63,717 nt of DNA, from positions 15,805,423 through 15,869,139 of the forward strand of contig MU063896.1 in the NCBI GenBank assembly GCA_013265495.1, in the 5' to 3' direction. Position numbers and translations under genes: made by a program. This document shows, piece by piece, positions 11,641 through 24,296 of the stretch. The DNA comes from Vicugna vicugna. Its lineage: Eukaryota. Each line of letters begins with the position of its first letter. Positions within the stretch are counted from its first letter, which is position 1. The notes below the pieces were generated by a model. It searched no databases and was not told the origin of the DNA. It saw only the letters and a program-made list of their open reading frames with translations.

Positions 11641-11914
11641 GTAATTCTTTTTCAGCCACATCTTTGAAGTAGTAAGTAAGAAATGCTTCTTACTCCTCAT
11701 TTTGCTGAAGCTAGTTTTCTTTGGCTCAGAGGTTCATTTTCCATTTAGTGCAGGATAGTTAAGATGGTACGAAGTCACTCTCAGTGCTAGATAAATCTGG
11801 TATTAGACTTTATTATTAGGTTATGGGAGAGTTTATAGTTGCTCTGAATATTGGCATTGAATTATTTCGACATTCTCTAATCCTATCGTCTTTTCTCTGG
11901 ATCATTAACTTATT

Positions 11915-12660
11915 TGAGAAAATAATTCTTCAGCATCTACTGTGTGCCAGGCTTTGTGCTTTGAAGTCAGAACTGACATTCTAATGAAGGAAGACAGTCA
12001 GTAAAAAAAAAAGTACATTGCTATTTTAAATTCTGTTAAGAACTATGAGGACAATAAAAGTGACTGATGGGGCAAGAGCAGCGGGTGGTGGTATGTTTGT
12101 TAGTTTCCTAGGGCTCCCATAACAAAGCATCATGTACTGGATGGCTTAAAACAGTAGAAATTCTTTCTCTCAGCACTGGAGACAAGAAGTCCAAAATCAA
12201 GATGGATCCTTCCTTGCCTCTTCAACCTGCTGACAGCCCCAGGAATTCCTTGCTTGTGGTTATACTTAAAGTTTTTAAGCATAACCAATCTCTGCCTCCT
12301 TCTTCACATGGCCTCCTACCCTGTGTCTCTGTGTGTCTCTCCTTCATATAAAGACATCAGTCATAATGGATTAAGGGCCAACCCTACAGACTTCATCTTA
12401 ACTACCTTATTTCCAATTAAGGCCACGTTCTTAGGTATTGGGGGTTAGGACTTCAGCATGTCTTTCTGGGAGACAGGATTCAGCCTGTAACAGTGGGCTT
12501 CTTTGGGTGGACTGACCAGGCGAGACCTTGCTAGGTGGGGACATTTGAGCTGAGCCTCAATGATAGCAAGGGTCATGCTGTGAAAAGGTCTGGGTGCAGA
12601 TCCTTTCCTGGTACAGGGAACAGTAAGTGAAAGGACCAGGGGGATGAGCCTGTTGGAGTG
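11915..12660 (-). mobile_element. L2 LINE, interrupted by an MLT1 LTR
   Basis: gcatctactgtgtgccaggc upstream and gacatttgagctgag...cagggaacag downstream of the LTR. Confidence 0.65.
12094..12492 (-). mobile_element. MLT1 (ERVL-MaLR) solo LTR, near full length
   Basis: ttagtttcctagggctcccataacaaag...ggcttaaaacag...gggttaggacttcagcatgtctttctgggagacaggattcagcctgtaaca. Confidence 0.9.
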
Positions 12661-13544
12661 GAGGATATACACATTAGGTTTTACATTCTTAAAAAGGGCA
12701 AAAAAAAAAAAAAGTCTGGTTTGGGCAGATTACTTTTAAGACAAAGGGATTTTTCTTTTGAGCACTCTTGAATGTTTTTACTTATGGTCAGGCAGAGACT
12801 AAAACAATTTTCTTTAAAAAATTAACTGCTGAGAAATCAGGCCTTTCAGCAGTAGCTAATCATGTATTAAGAATTTTGTTGATTAGAAGTTCATTTTGCA
12901 TTTTAATAGTAGAATTCTCCATCACTGTATTTGGGTTTATTAACCTAAAAGCTTTAAATAGAACAATATCTGAGAGTTAAGCAGACTTTGTAATAGTAGA
13001 GATTATTTTCTAGTGGTAAGAAGTTAATTAAGGCTAAATATACCCTTTAAGAACCTGACATTATATATTAAATTGTCATTTTCAATAAGACTGTAACATT
13101 ATTGTGGTTGTCCTATGTGACACCTAGTGCTAAGTAACATTTGTGTGATTTATGTTACATATTTATGAAAATTCTTAGTTTTTTAACTTAAAAATTGATA
13201 CAGAATATAGAAAAATCTGTATGAAAATATAAATTTCCCAAGATAGTCAAGGAGTTTCCATATTAGATTGGTAATATCTTTAAGCATTTAGAAATAGGTT
13301 AAAGTAACTTAAAATATTGTAATATTTAATGCAAAATTGGCATTATGAAATAAGCATTAGTGCCTTGTATATGTGTACTTTTAGCCAGAACTTTGATGTA
13401 GTTAACACTGATATATTTATATACATTTATATATTTTCATATACAGAAAAATGTATCTTATGAATAACAAGTTTCTATAAAAAATTCTAAATGAGTTAAA
13501 AATGCTTATGTAAAATTAGATTTTTATGGTGAATAACTAGATAA

Positions 13545-13800
13545 GGGTTAGGATTACAAGCCCAGACTGGGGCCAAGGCTGCCTGGGTTCAAATCCTGGC
13601 TTTGCTTTGTGCAGCTGTGTGACCCTGCATAAGTCATTTAACCCTTCTCTGCCTTAGTTAACTCATTCGTAAAAAGAGAATAAAAATAGTACCTAAGCAT
13701 TAGTACACAAAGCATTATTGCAAGGATACAGTGATTTAATGCATATGCATTTTCTAGAACAGGTACATAGTAAGTGCTGTGTAAACTCTAGCTGTTATCA
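13545..13800 (+). mobile_element. MIR SINE
   Basis: gctgcctgggttcaaatcctggc...tgtgtgaccctgcataagtcatttaacc...acatagtaagtgct. Confidence 0.85.
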
Positions 13801-14760
13801 TTTTTAGCATGTTAATTGAAAATTAGATATATTAATATTCATTAATTGGAAATCATGTAAAATGTAAATACAGTCAGTGTCTCTTATGCCTTCTTACAAA
13901 TCAAAAGCTAATTTGAGAGAGATGAGAAAATTGTCAACAGTGTTTGCAAGGCTCTGTTTTAATGTTAATAATCTATTAAAAGTATTTTATATGCTTACCC
14001 ATTTAGTTACTTATAGCAATAACTATGTTCAAGAGATTTTGTTAGGTCTTAAGGGAGAAAGAAAGATGATTAAGCTGTTGATTCTGCTTTTAAGAACCTG
14101 CTTATCCAATAAGGGAGAGGAGACATAATTTAGTATTACATGAAGTATAATGAGGTAAATGTCATACCAAGAATGTGATTCATGCTTTATCTCTGGAGGC
14201 TGGGAAGCATCTGAGGCGGTTTTGTGGGTACGAGGGGCAGGGATAAAAATGTAGGAACTGATGATATTTTTAATGGATAGGAAGTATAGGAGAAATCTGA
14301 GGTAGAGAAGGAACAGTTAGAAAAATAGGCAGAAGATTGAGAGTCTTGTCCCAAGTCAAGAGAGGAAAGGATTTCTAAGAAGAGAAATGGGCTATTACAA
14401 ATACTATAGAAAATTTAAGGAGAGTGATAATTGAAGAAAGACCTTGAAAAGCATTCCCTCCTTATCTTCCTGGGAGCCAGAGAGACTTTGTTGGGAACTG
14501 ATTACTTAATTCTAGTTGGGCTGTTAGGTCATTTTTTGACATTATAAATAACCTGATGAATGGCCTTGTTTAGAGATACCTGATTATCCCCTAGAATGGC
14601 TAGTTTTTTAAGGATTAAGAGATATGAACATTTTAAGGCCTTCATTACATATCCTCTAACAGTCTAGCCCTTCAGACGTATTTTTAAAAAACATTTTTCA
14701 CTGAGGATGTATGAGAGGGCTTAGTAAAAAAAGTTGTCCAAGTGTTGTGAAAATGTAGAC

Positions 14761-14930
14761 ATAATAATAGCTGATACATAGGCATTTACTATGTGTCAAG
14801 CATTGTTTTAAGCACTTTATTTGAATTAACTCATTTAATACTCACAGTAATGCTATTGATTAGTACTATCATTAGCTCTGTTTTAGTGGTGAGAAAACTG
14901 GGGCACAAAAGATTAAGTAATTTGCCCAAG
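14761..14930 (-). mobile_element. MIR SINE
   Basis: ataatagctgatacataggcatttactatgtgtcaagc...gaaaactggggcacaaaagattaagtaatttgcccaag. Confidence 0.85.
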
Positions 14931-15134
14931 TGATTTCCTTCACTGTAGTATTGGAATACTGTTGGGAGCTAAGTCTTGAGTCGTTGTGTTGAGTGTTCTG
15001 TGCTCTCCTAGCCTGTAGTTAATATTAACCAAATATCACCAGTAATGTTAGGGAATTGTCATTATTATAGAATTAGTAGCATTAAAGATATGACAACTAA
15101 AATGACTGTAGAGAATTTATTGGCTCTTAGTTTT

Positions 15135-15407
15135 TTTTTTTACATTTTTTATTGATTCATAATCATTTTACAGTGTTGTGTCAAATTCCAGTGTTCAGCA
15201 CAATTTTTCAGTCATTCATCGACATATACACACTCATTGTCACATTTTTTTCTCTGTGATTTATCATAACATTTTGTGTATATTTCCCTGTGCTATACAG
15301 TGTAATCTTGTTTATCTATTCTACAATTTTGAAATTCCAGTCTATCCCTTCCCACCCTCTACCCACCCCCCACCGGTAACCACAAGTCTGTATTCTCTGT
15401 CCATGAG
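15135..15407 (-). mobile_element. Young 5'-truncated L1 3' UTR insertion
   Basis: Perfect 17-bp TSD tattggctcttagtttt (15118-15134, 15408-15424), poly(T), AATAAA and G-rich tract on minus strand, TT/AAAA endonuclease site. Confidence 0.92.
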
Positions 15408-16771
15408 TATTGGCTCTTAGTTTTAATCCCGATTGGTGATTAAAAGAAACATAAACATAAAATCCAGTATTCTAAATTCAAATGAAAGCTTCCATGTGTC
15501 AGGATACAAAGGCAGCATTTCAATTTTTGGCTTTACTGTGGTAATACCACCTTAGACAAATACAAATGAACATTCTTTTCCTCCCTCTCTGCTGTTCCCC
15601 CTAAATCCCATCCATTACCCCTTCCATACACTTAATATTTCTGTTCATTTGCTCCTGAGGATGCTTGCATATTTGCTGCTAAGTATTTTTCTGGATCTTT
15701 AGAAGACAGACTGGTTAAACTACCTAGGTATTGAACTCCATCCTGTGGTTCCCTGGCTCACAGAGGTAATGAGTCTTCAACTTTTACCTGCCTTTGAGTG
15801 ACTGCTCAGATGTCATGGGGTGCCTTAGGGGGACTGATAACTATTAAGGGTTTTTATTTTCACTTGTTAGATCCACAAACTAATGCTATTAAAGGTCTTT
15901 TCATAGAACTAGAAGGCTCTACCTATTCATCTTTTTAACTCCTACATCACATAGCCTTTTATATAGTGGGCATTCAGTAAGTTGTTGAATATGTAATTTT
16001 TGTTAATTGATTTGTATAAAATTACACTATACATTGTTTGCTATTAGAAATGCTAATTGTAGGTTTGTTTAGTTTGTATTTACACTCTAATCTTTAGACT
16101 TTAGGAAATTCATATTTGGATAAAGCACTGCTGTACTTCTGTTCTTAAATGTCCATTATAGGGTAGCTAACTGACAATTATTTGTTTCTCTATGGAAGAA
16201 GTATTTTTAAAAATACCTTGAGAAGAAGGCTTAATTATTCTTCGTGAGCAGACCACATAATGTGAAATAACAAGGTTAAAGGATTACATTTTTCAAAGCC
16301 AAGAGTACAGTAGTAAACAACTAAAATGCATTTCTTTAAGTTGAAGATAGATACTAGAGCTTTTTAGTTGGTTAGTTTTGGTTTAAAACAGGCTATTTGA
16401 CATGTCTCTCTGCAAAGCAATAACTTATGAGTTAAATGCAAGCAAGTTTCTGTTTCTTGAGACACTTTAAAAACTACTCACAAATCATGAGGTAACTGTC
16501 TTCATTTCTGTTTTGATGGCATAGGTATAATGACTATACTTAAAACGGGACATTAGTGATCTCTTTTTTAGGGTGGTGGTAGAATTTTGTCCTTGACAAA
16601 TTAACTCATATGTCTACCCAAGTTTTAGTTTAAATATGTGACTCAGATGATAATATTACATCTAAAAGTGCTTTGTGCCAGAATGTATTACTGTGTGTGG
16701 TGAGAGGAGGGTGTTACTTGATAATTTTATGTTTTTTTCTGTCATTCCTTAAAATTTTCTTTCTGAAATAG

Positions 16772-16839
16772 ATGAATTTTCTTCGGGAATTCCAGAAAGC
16801 CTTTAGAGAAATACTCGAAGAATTGTTTGCTTTGCAAAT
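16772..16839 (+). other. Candidate 68-nt exon
   Basis: ttttctttctgaaatag|ATG... and AAT|GTATGT; two retained CpGs; peptide MNFLREFQKAFREILEELFALQ not recognised. Confidence 0.2.
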
Positions 16840-17149
16840 GTATGTTATTATTTTATTGAGAATAAAGATGAAAGTCATCTTTTCTGATTTTAAGATAGCT
16901 AAGAATCGTAAAACTCTGTCTAAAGAAAATATTGGTAGGCAGTGTTGGGATTTGGCCACTGATAGGCAGTTGATTTTCATAAAATCAGAATGATAGCTTG
17001 AAAAAGAATGGCCATTCTTCAAAATAATGATTCTTTTGGGATTGCTTTGAGAATATTTTGTGGCAAACAGATGCCAGAAGTATTTGTCATTATATTTTCT
17101 TAGTTCAGTACTTAAGACTTAACTAACACATTAACCTTTCCAGCATTAC

Positions 17150-17270
17150 AAGAATCACTGAAGAAATCTTAGAAATCATCTGGTCTACCTCCCTCATTTT
17201 GAGAGAAGGAAACTGAGTTTCTGAGAGGTTGAATTCCATGACTTGCCTGGCTGCCAGGCTGTCCTGACCT
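17150..17270 (-). mobile_element. MIR/MIR3 fragment
   Basis: tagaaatcatctggtctacctccctcattttgagagaaggaaactgag. Confidence 0.65.
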
Positions 17271-17339
17271 GGCACACATTACACCTTAGGGTTGATTTGC
17301 ATGTATAGATGTAGAAAAAATACTACGTTGTTCCACAGC

Positions 17340-17528
17340 TGGAAACTCAAGGCACAAGTGGGTACAACTTGAGGACTCATCTCTTTCCCGCCTTTCAGAG
17401 ATCACTGTTTTTGTTGCCTGATAATGTCTTGAAAACTGTTTCTTCATGTGTTTGTCCCCTTTTTGCTTGTTTCAGATAGGAAAGTAAATTCTGTCCTTGT
17501 TATTTTATCTTGACTAGAAGTGGAAGTT
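17340..17528 (-). mobile_element. 5' terminus of an old L1M element
   Basis: Minus strand begins ACTTCCACTTCTAGTCAAGAT...ACAAGGACAGAATTTACTTTCC, like L1M 5' ends. Confidence 0.55.
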
Positions 17529-17729
17529 TTCTTGGGATCTGTTGAAAGTGAGGAGGCAGACAGAGGAGTGAAACAGAGAAATTGAGGAGTCATGGTAAAA
17601 GTTTACATAGTCAACATGTTGAATAGGAAGGCCTAGCTAAGGGGGTAAGACTTTCTCCAGCAGTGTTTAGAAGCAACTGAGTGAGTTGGCTAGTAGTTTT
17701 ATTGATTCGTTGATTGATGGTTCTTTTTT

Positions 17730-17990
17730 TTAGCTACTGTTTATTTGTCTGTATTGTGTCTGTTCTGTGCCAGGGGCTTGACATACATTATTTCTCACCC
17801 CCACAATAGGCCCAAAAGGTATTGTTATTGATAATCCTTCTCCACACCTCACCCCACCATCCTCTTAACCTTAGTCCCAGCCCTTCTCAATATCAAAGAT
17901 GGGGAAATAGGAATGTAAAGTGACTGCTAAATTCCTGCACCTTGTGAATTGTATAATCCTATTTCAAACCCAGTTTCTTGTAGCTTCAGA
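17730..17990 (-). mobile_element. MIR SINE (degraded)
   Basis: ctgtgccaggggcttgacatacattatttctcacc...gatggggaaat...tttcaaacccag. Confidence 0.55.
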
Positions 17991-19532
17991 ACCAATTGGT
18001 CCATACTGCTTTCTTCTTGCTAAGATTGAAATTTGTGTCGTGGGAGGAATTGGAGAGTTGAGAGTGCTAGAAAGAAGAGGTTGAAGGGACAGCTCATGAT
18101 TAACTAGATCAGGAAATGAGGGAGTCAAAGATGAAGAGTGATGGATGGCAAGTAAAAAGTTTTGAAGGCCCTAAGTTCTCTATGGTGTTGACAATGGCTG
18201 TGATGGTCTCAAAGAAACAAGGGAGCATGTGGTTGGCCCTGGATGATGACAGTGAAAGTAATGTGAGAGAAGGAAGTCCCTGTAATTTTACCTGATCTTC
18301 TGATTAATCCTTGATGTCCAGTAACAGTTCCAAGTAGATTGTAGATCTGACATGTTCTAGAAAAAAAATAAACAAAGTTTTTTTTTAAGCAAGACATAAA
18401 GAGTCCTCATCATAAGGAGAATACTGATAAATTAGATGTATTGCAGTTCTTTTCATCAAAAGTACTGGCAGAGAGCAAAAATCAAGCAATAGAGTAGCAG
18501 ACATTTCCAGTACATATATCCAAATCCTTTTTAGGTCATTCACATGGACAAATGAGAAGTTACATGTAGTCATTATTGAAACACTAAGTATTTTATTCTT
18601 TCTATCAGAAATTCATTAACAAACACCATGGCTTTGTATATTCCCAGAATTGTTTGTCTAATCCTCTTAAGGGCATTATACTACTAAGCAGCACAGCTAA
18701 GTGTTTGCTCAGTTTTAATTAGAATGATCATTTGTCACACTTAGAAGCATTTGGCTCTTGACTATCAAAGTATCGAGGGCTGAGCAAAGAAAGTATTAAT
18801 TCTGCCATCTTTTAAGGTTACATTTCAAGCTGTTGAAACTAGTCATAGTTGAGTCAGTATATAACCTTCAGCTGTTCAAGCCTATTCAGTATGCTGGTTA
18901 ATCAGATTATGCATCTAATTTTTCCACAATATAACATATGAAGGTGATGCAATTAAGATTGGTCCTATTGGCCATTCTAAGAAAACCAGCATCTAGTTTT
19001 TGTCTTGTATGAAGAATTAAAGTGTTTTCCAGTAGGTAGAATGAGACAGAAAAAGATCTTTCTTGGGTTCTGTATGGGTAAAAAGCTATTATGTCAACAC
19101 AAAAGGACACAAGAACTCACAGATTACATACTATTTTGTGGTCAGGGATTACCAAATAAGATGTAGCAATGAGACTGAGTCCACAGATGCATACGAAAAT
19201 CAGTGTCATTGCTTGATAGTTTTACAGTAGACCAATGGGACACAAAGTCAGAACACAGAACCATGAGGCCATAGTAGTGTAACCTGTATATTTAGTGATA
19301 CTGTTAACCCTCCTCTGGTTTTCAAGGTGAGGAGAGAGTTGGAAAACTTGAATCATGTTGAATCACTTACAAAATGATTTAATTCCGTTATCAAAGGATT
19401 TAGTAGCCTCTTTACCGACTCTCCCTTATAGGAATTTAGTTTTTTAAATGAGAAGTTACCTCACTGGTGGGTCCCTGCTTATAAAGGTGGTCCTAAGTGA
19501 GTTCCTCTGTGTGTATGGGTGTAGTGGGGTGG

Positions 19533-19820
19533 TGTATTAGTTTCCTATGGCTGCTATAACAAATTACCACAAATCCTGTGGCTTAAAACAACACAAATTT
19601 ATTCTCTCATAGTTCTATAGACCAGAAGTTCAAATTCAGTTTCACCAGGCTGAAATCATGGAGTCGATAGGGCCACTGTCCCTCCAGAGGCCCTAGGAGA
19701 GAATCTGTTCCTTGCCTCTTCCAGCTTCCAGACTGCCAGCATTCTTTGGTGTTCTTTGGCTTGTGGTCTTATCTCGCCAAACCTCTGTTTCATCTCTACA
19801 TTGCCCTTTTCTCTGGTTCT
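19533..19820 (-). mobile_element. MLT1 LTR fragment
   Basis: tgtattagtttcctatggctgctataacaaattaccacaaa...ggcttaaaacaacacaaatttattctctcatagttct. Confidence 0.9.
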
Positions 19821-19844
19821 ATCAATTTTTTTCCTTTCTAAATT

Positions 19845-21125
19845 TTAAAGTGATATTATTGGGTGCATACTATTTATGATTGTGCTGTCTTTCTGGTGGA
19901 TTGACCCCTTTGTCAGTATGGAATACTTGAAAAAGAGATCTGTTAGTGATTTTACCTTGAAGTCTATATTGTATGCCATTACTCTAGCTAACCCATTTGC
20001 CATTCTCCAGGCTTTTACTTTCAACCGTTCTGTATTTAAATTGTCTCTTGTAAACAGCGTAAAGTTAGGTTTCTTTTTTGGTTTAGAAGTCTTTATTAGT
20101 TTTGAATATTTAATCTTACATTTTAAGTGATTATTGATGTATTTAGGATTAAATCAATTTCTATGTCCTTTTTCTTTTTAAGATCTTAAATATTTATAAA
20201 TACTTTTACACTATTCTCATTCTTGACTGGTGGTTTAACTTGGCATAAAATTCTAGGTTGGAAATAAATTTTTTTCAGAATACTCAAGGCATTGCCCCCT
20301 AGCTTCCAGTGTTTCTGTTAAGAAGACCAAAGCTATTCAAAAACCTCATCTTTTGAATCTAATCCAAGTTTGCTTTCTGTCTGTGAGTTAATATTCTTTT
20401 TTCTTTTTAAATCCATTTTTTTCTGGGTATTTGGTGGGTAAGTTTAGTCTAGAAAATTCAGGTCCTTAAGATCTGAAACCTCTTTAGTTTTGTTGATGAT
20501 TTTCTCTTCTCATTTTTCTCTATTCTTCCCCCACCCCCCGGAATTCTTTTTATTTGAATATTGGACTTCAAGATTCGTTGGTTTTCTAATTTTCTTATCT
20601 TTTTTCATATTTCTTCATTTTTAATCTTTCCCTATTTTATGGGATATTCCTTAGCTTTATTTTCCAGCCCTTCTCTTGAGTTTTTCATGTCAAAGTTTTC
20701 TTTTCTTTTTTAAAGTATTTCTTTCTTGTTTTTGGAAACAATATCTTCCCTTACCCCTCTAAGAATATTTATGTTTTCTGTTCCCTGTGCAACCTGTTTC
20801 TTCCATGTTGCTTCCCTTTTGTTTGCTTTTTTTGGTCTGTCTTTCATGTTAGAGCTTTTCCTTAGGTAGCTGATAATCCTTAATTTTTTACTTCTTTTTA
20901 AGGGTGAGTCACTAGGGAGCTGATTTAGAAGCTTCCAGCATTTAACAGGACTTCTAAGCTGAGGTCTTCACAGACAGAGCCAGTTCCGTAAGGAAGCCCA
21001 TCCTCACTGCCACAGCAATATTTTTAGGGTTTTTTTTCTCTTGGTCAGGGAAGATTTCACAGAAAACAGTTTCCTAAGCTTCTACCTGAAGGCCATAAGC
21101 CTGGCTACCATTTTGTTACCTACTA
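19845..21125 (-). mobile_element. Fragmented old L1M (ORF2, ORF1 and 5' region pieces)
   Basis: gattgacccctttgtcagtatg, ttgaagtctatattg, cttttactttcaacc, ctaggttggaaat, other antisense L1 motifs. Confidence 0.7.
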
Positions 21126-21883
21126 AATAACTTACAAGAACTTTTAAGACATTTCCTGTTCCCACTTCTGTCCATACTATTGCTATATATATTCTGAAAA
21201 AATAAGACTGTATTAAAAATAAAAGTTATAAGTACATTAAAAATTTAAGAAGTCAACAAAGACTTTCAAATTGACCTTCCTCTGCAATTAGGATTGACTG
21301 GTACCTCACTGTTAGATGATTCAACCTATTTGATGGCAATCTTTTGAACATTGTGTCTTGATGGCTTTTTAAGTTTAGATATCAATTTTGGAAGACCAAT
21401 GTAGACACATTATGCCTTATGTTCACTGGACATATAAATGACCACTCTCTCCTGGAATGGAGCAGAGGCTTGGACAAGGACTGGAGTGAAGATGGTCATC
21501 TGGAGCTAGGCTGCCAGCTCCAAATGGGGCATGACTGCATGAGAAGACCAAGATATGAAGCCAGAGAGGTCCTGAGCCACCTAGGCAATCCTAGGAAGGT
21601 CAGGCAGAGAGCCCGTCTGTGCACAGGCAGGCATAGCTTTTGATATGTTTCAGAGACTTTGGATAACAAGATGTCCTGAAGGTCCAAGGGCCTTCAGTCT
21701 TCAGTTACTATCTGATCTTGCCTAGGACTTACCTTTCAGGTTGTCCCTGGCCCCAGAACTACCTTTCCTCTCAGGGCTCCTGCCAGAACATAGTTGCTTC
21801 CAGCACTTGCTTACTTCTAACCACAGCCTCATGTTATTTTGGTAGGGAATTCTAACTCTCCTCTATCTCTCCGTCCCTGCCAG

Positions 21884-22028
21884 GGCTTGAATCTTCCCCT
21901 ACCCCACTGTGAAGTAACCTCACATCCTTATCTTTGGATTTGGATCTGTCACGTGGCAGCCACTGGCCCTGGCTCCCAACTGCTGCCCCCTCATTACCCC
22001 TCTGCCCACATTGCCGGCCTGGAGCCAG
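21884..22028 (+). other. Candidate 145-nt internal exon (ATG-less)
   Basis: Branch point TTCTAAC (21850-21856), pyrimidine tract, CAG acceptor at 21883, donor CAG|GTGAGT at 22028/22029. Confidence 0.5.
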
Positions 22029-23199
22029 GTGAGTCATTTTCCTACTGCTAGGAGGAGTGGCATCTTTGCCCATTCTGGGACTGCTGCCGAGGAAAGTTAC
22101 ATCCTTGGAATACTAAGTTGTTCCCAATGTATTTCCCTCACAAAAGCATTGTTACAAATGGTGGTTAGAAACTCTAGTTAAACTCTTATGATTTAACATA
22201 TGGCCTGGGCTCTGCCATTTATAACACAACTTTTAAGGAAAAATGTGTTTCGGGTTCAGGTAATAGACTTGGCACAAGTCCCATTGATAAGTTGGGGGCT
22301 ACCTTGTAACAGCATGCAAAGGAGGAAAAATGTCATCATCAAATATTCATTAAGCTCCCACTTGTGCATCATGCTGTTATGACTGCTGGATCTGTGGGCC
22401 TCTGCTGGGCCTGTTTTTATAAGCTATAATAAGGCCGCCTTGCAAATTGCCCTCTGCACCTCAACACACTGTAGCACTTTCTCTGACATATCTTGTATTG
22501 TACTAATGGAGAGGATTAAGGCAAGAAGCGTTCCTAGCCTGAGAAAGTGCAATTTTAATTTAAATGCGAACTTTCCTGGAGCCTAAGTTCTTTTAGTCAC
22601 TGAGCCTGCACTAATTTGTGTGATTCTTTTGGGGGCCAGGGCACTCTTCTTAGAGCTTTTTAAAATCAGTACTTTCTATCGGTTCAGTGTTTTCTTTCAA
22701 GTGAGGCACTCTTAGAATAATGTGGCACATAGCGATTTTCAAAAGATTAAAGCAGTGTGTTCTAATGTGAGCCTTGCAACTAATTGCCTCAACTAATTAT
22801 ACATAAAGGGCCAAGTCATTATTGTTAATAAGAAGTGACTTTGGAAAGTACAGTTTGACCCAAAGACTGAATAACTATTGCAAACAGTAATCAGTGAGGT
22901 GGTATCCATTGTAGAAAAAACCTTAGTGGAAATTATTCACATCCATTCAAATTGGGTTTTCCCTAAGTTGTTACCCTCACACTTGGTTCCTGTTTCCTTT
23001 TCAGTGAAAATGTGCACCCTTTTGAATGTGGAAGCTGAACTAAAATAGCTCTGGGAAAGTTACTTGTATAAATGAATGTGCGCTCTGTGAGTGTAGATCT
23101 TCTTGATTGATCCTCTTCAGGCTCTTCTTCTACCCACTTAAAACGTCTGTGCTCCATGGGTTTTGTACATCCCGCACAACCCCCCAGTCCTCCTTTCCT

Positions 23200-24105
23200 G
23201 TTACCTCATCAAGTTCTGTCTTTGCTAGTAAATCCCACAATTACTTATCTGGGCCAGGTATCTTCTAGATGCCAGATGCACATTTCCATATGGATATCTT
23301 ACAGGAATTGCAGACTTGGGCATGCCCAAAACAGAATCGTGATCTCTCCCGAATCTGCTCCCTCCCCCTCGCCCTGGCTTCTCAACTTGGAAAATGATCC
23401 AGTGCAACTCCATGTCCTCTTGATTTTCTTCCAGCTTTCTCTCTTCATCCCTATCACCCTGCCCTTGTCCATGCGCCCATTGTCTTTCTCCTGGACTGTA
23501 GCAAAACACTTACAACTGCTCTTCCCAGATCCAGTTTGCCTCCTTCCAAATTATACCCAGCTGCTAGAAAAGTAGTAAACCACAAGTCCAATCACGTCAC
23601 AATCTGCTTTAAAGTGTGCAGTGATTACCAGTTTCCGAAGAACACAGATTTCATTGGTGTGGCCGTTTGATTTGTAAGCTCTTCATCCCTAATTCACAAC
23701 AGCTCAGACTCGCTGGCCATCTTTCAGGTGCTTGAATTCATCTAGAGCCTTCCCTGCCCAAGGCCTTTGTACAAATGGTTCCCTGATCCCGGGATACTCT
23801 TCCTCTTATGCTCTGCTTGTCAACTGTCTACTTACCTTCTAGTCTTACCTGTAGTGACAGTCCTCAGTGACATTTTCAAAAGCTCTCCCCAGTCGGTTAG
23901 ATTCCTCTGCTAAATATGCCAAACAGCATCCTGTATTTCCCAGTACTCATCATAATTATAATTAAATGAGCATTTGTATAATTACTATTTTGATGCCTGA
24001 TTCTCCTACTAGCCTACAAACTCCCTGAGAGCAGGGACCATGCCTGTCTGGCTCACCATTCACTCCCCAGTGCTTTTTATTACAAATATTTGTCAAATAG
24101 ATGTA
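23200..24105 (+). mobile_element. L2 LINE 3' portion
   Basis: catttccatatggatatcttacagg...aagtccaatcacgtcac...ctccctgagagcagggaccatgcctgtctggctcacc. Confidence 0.85.
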
Positions 24106-24296
24106 TAATGAGTATGGTTGGACAGAAGCTGTGACATATGTTATGTGTATTTGTACTTATGTTTGAATATGGGGTATCAGATGATCTAGGACTTGAACAC
24201 TTCCCACTCCATAATGTAGTGATACTGTGAAAGCCTTATTTAGATCTTGTTAACTGTTCAGCTGTTGCATACTCTTTCCCCCTTTATTCTAGATTC

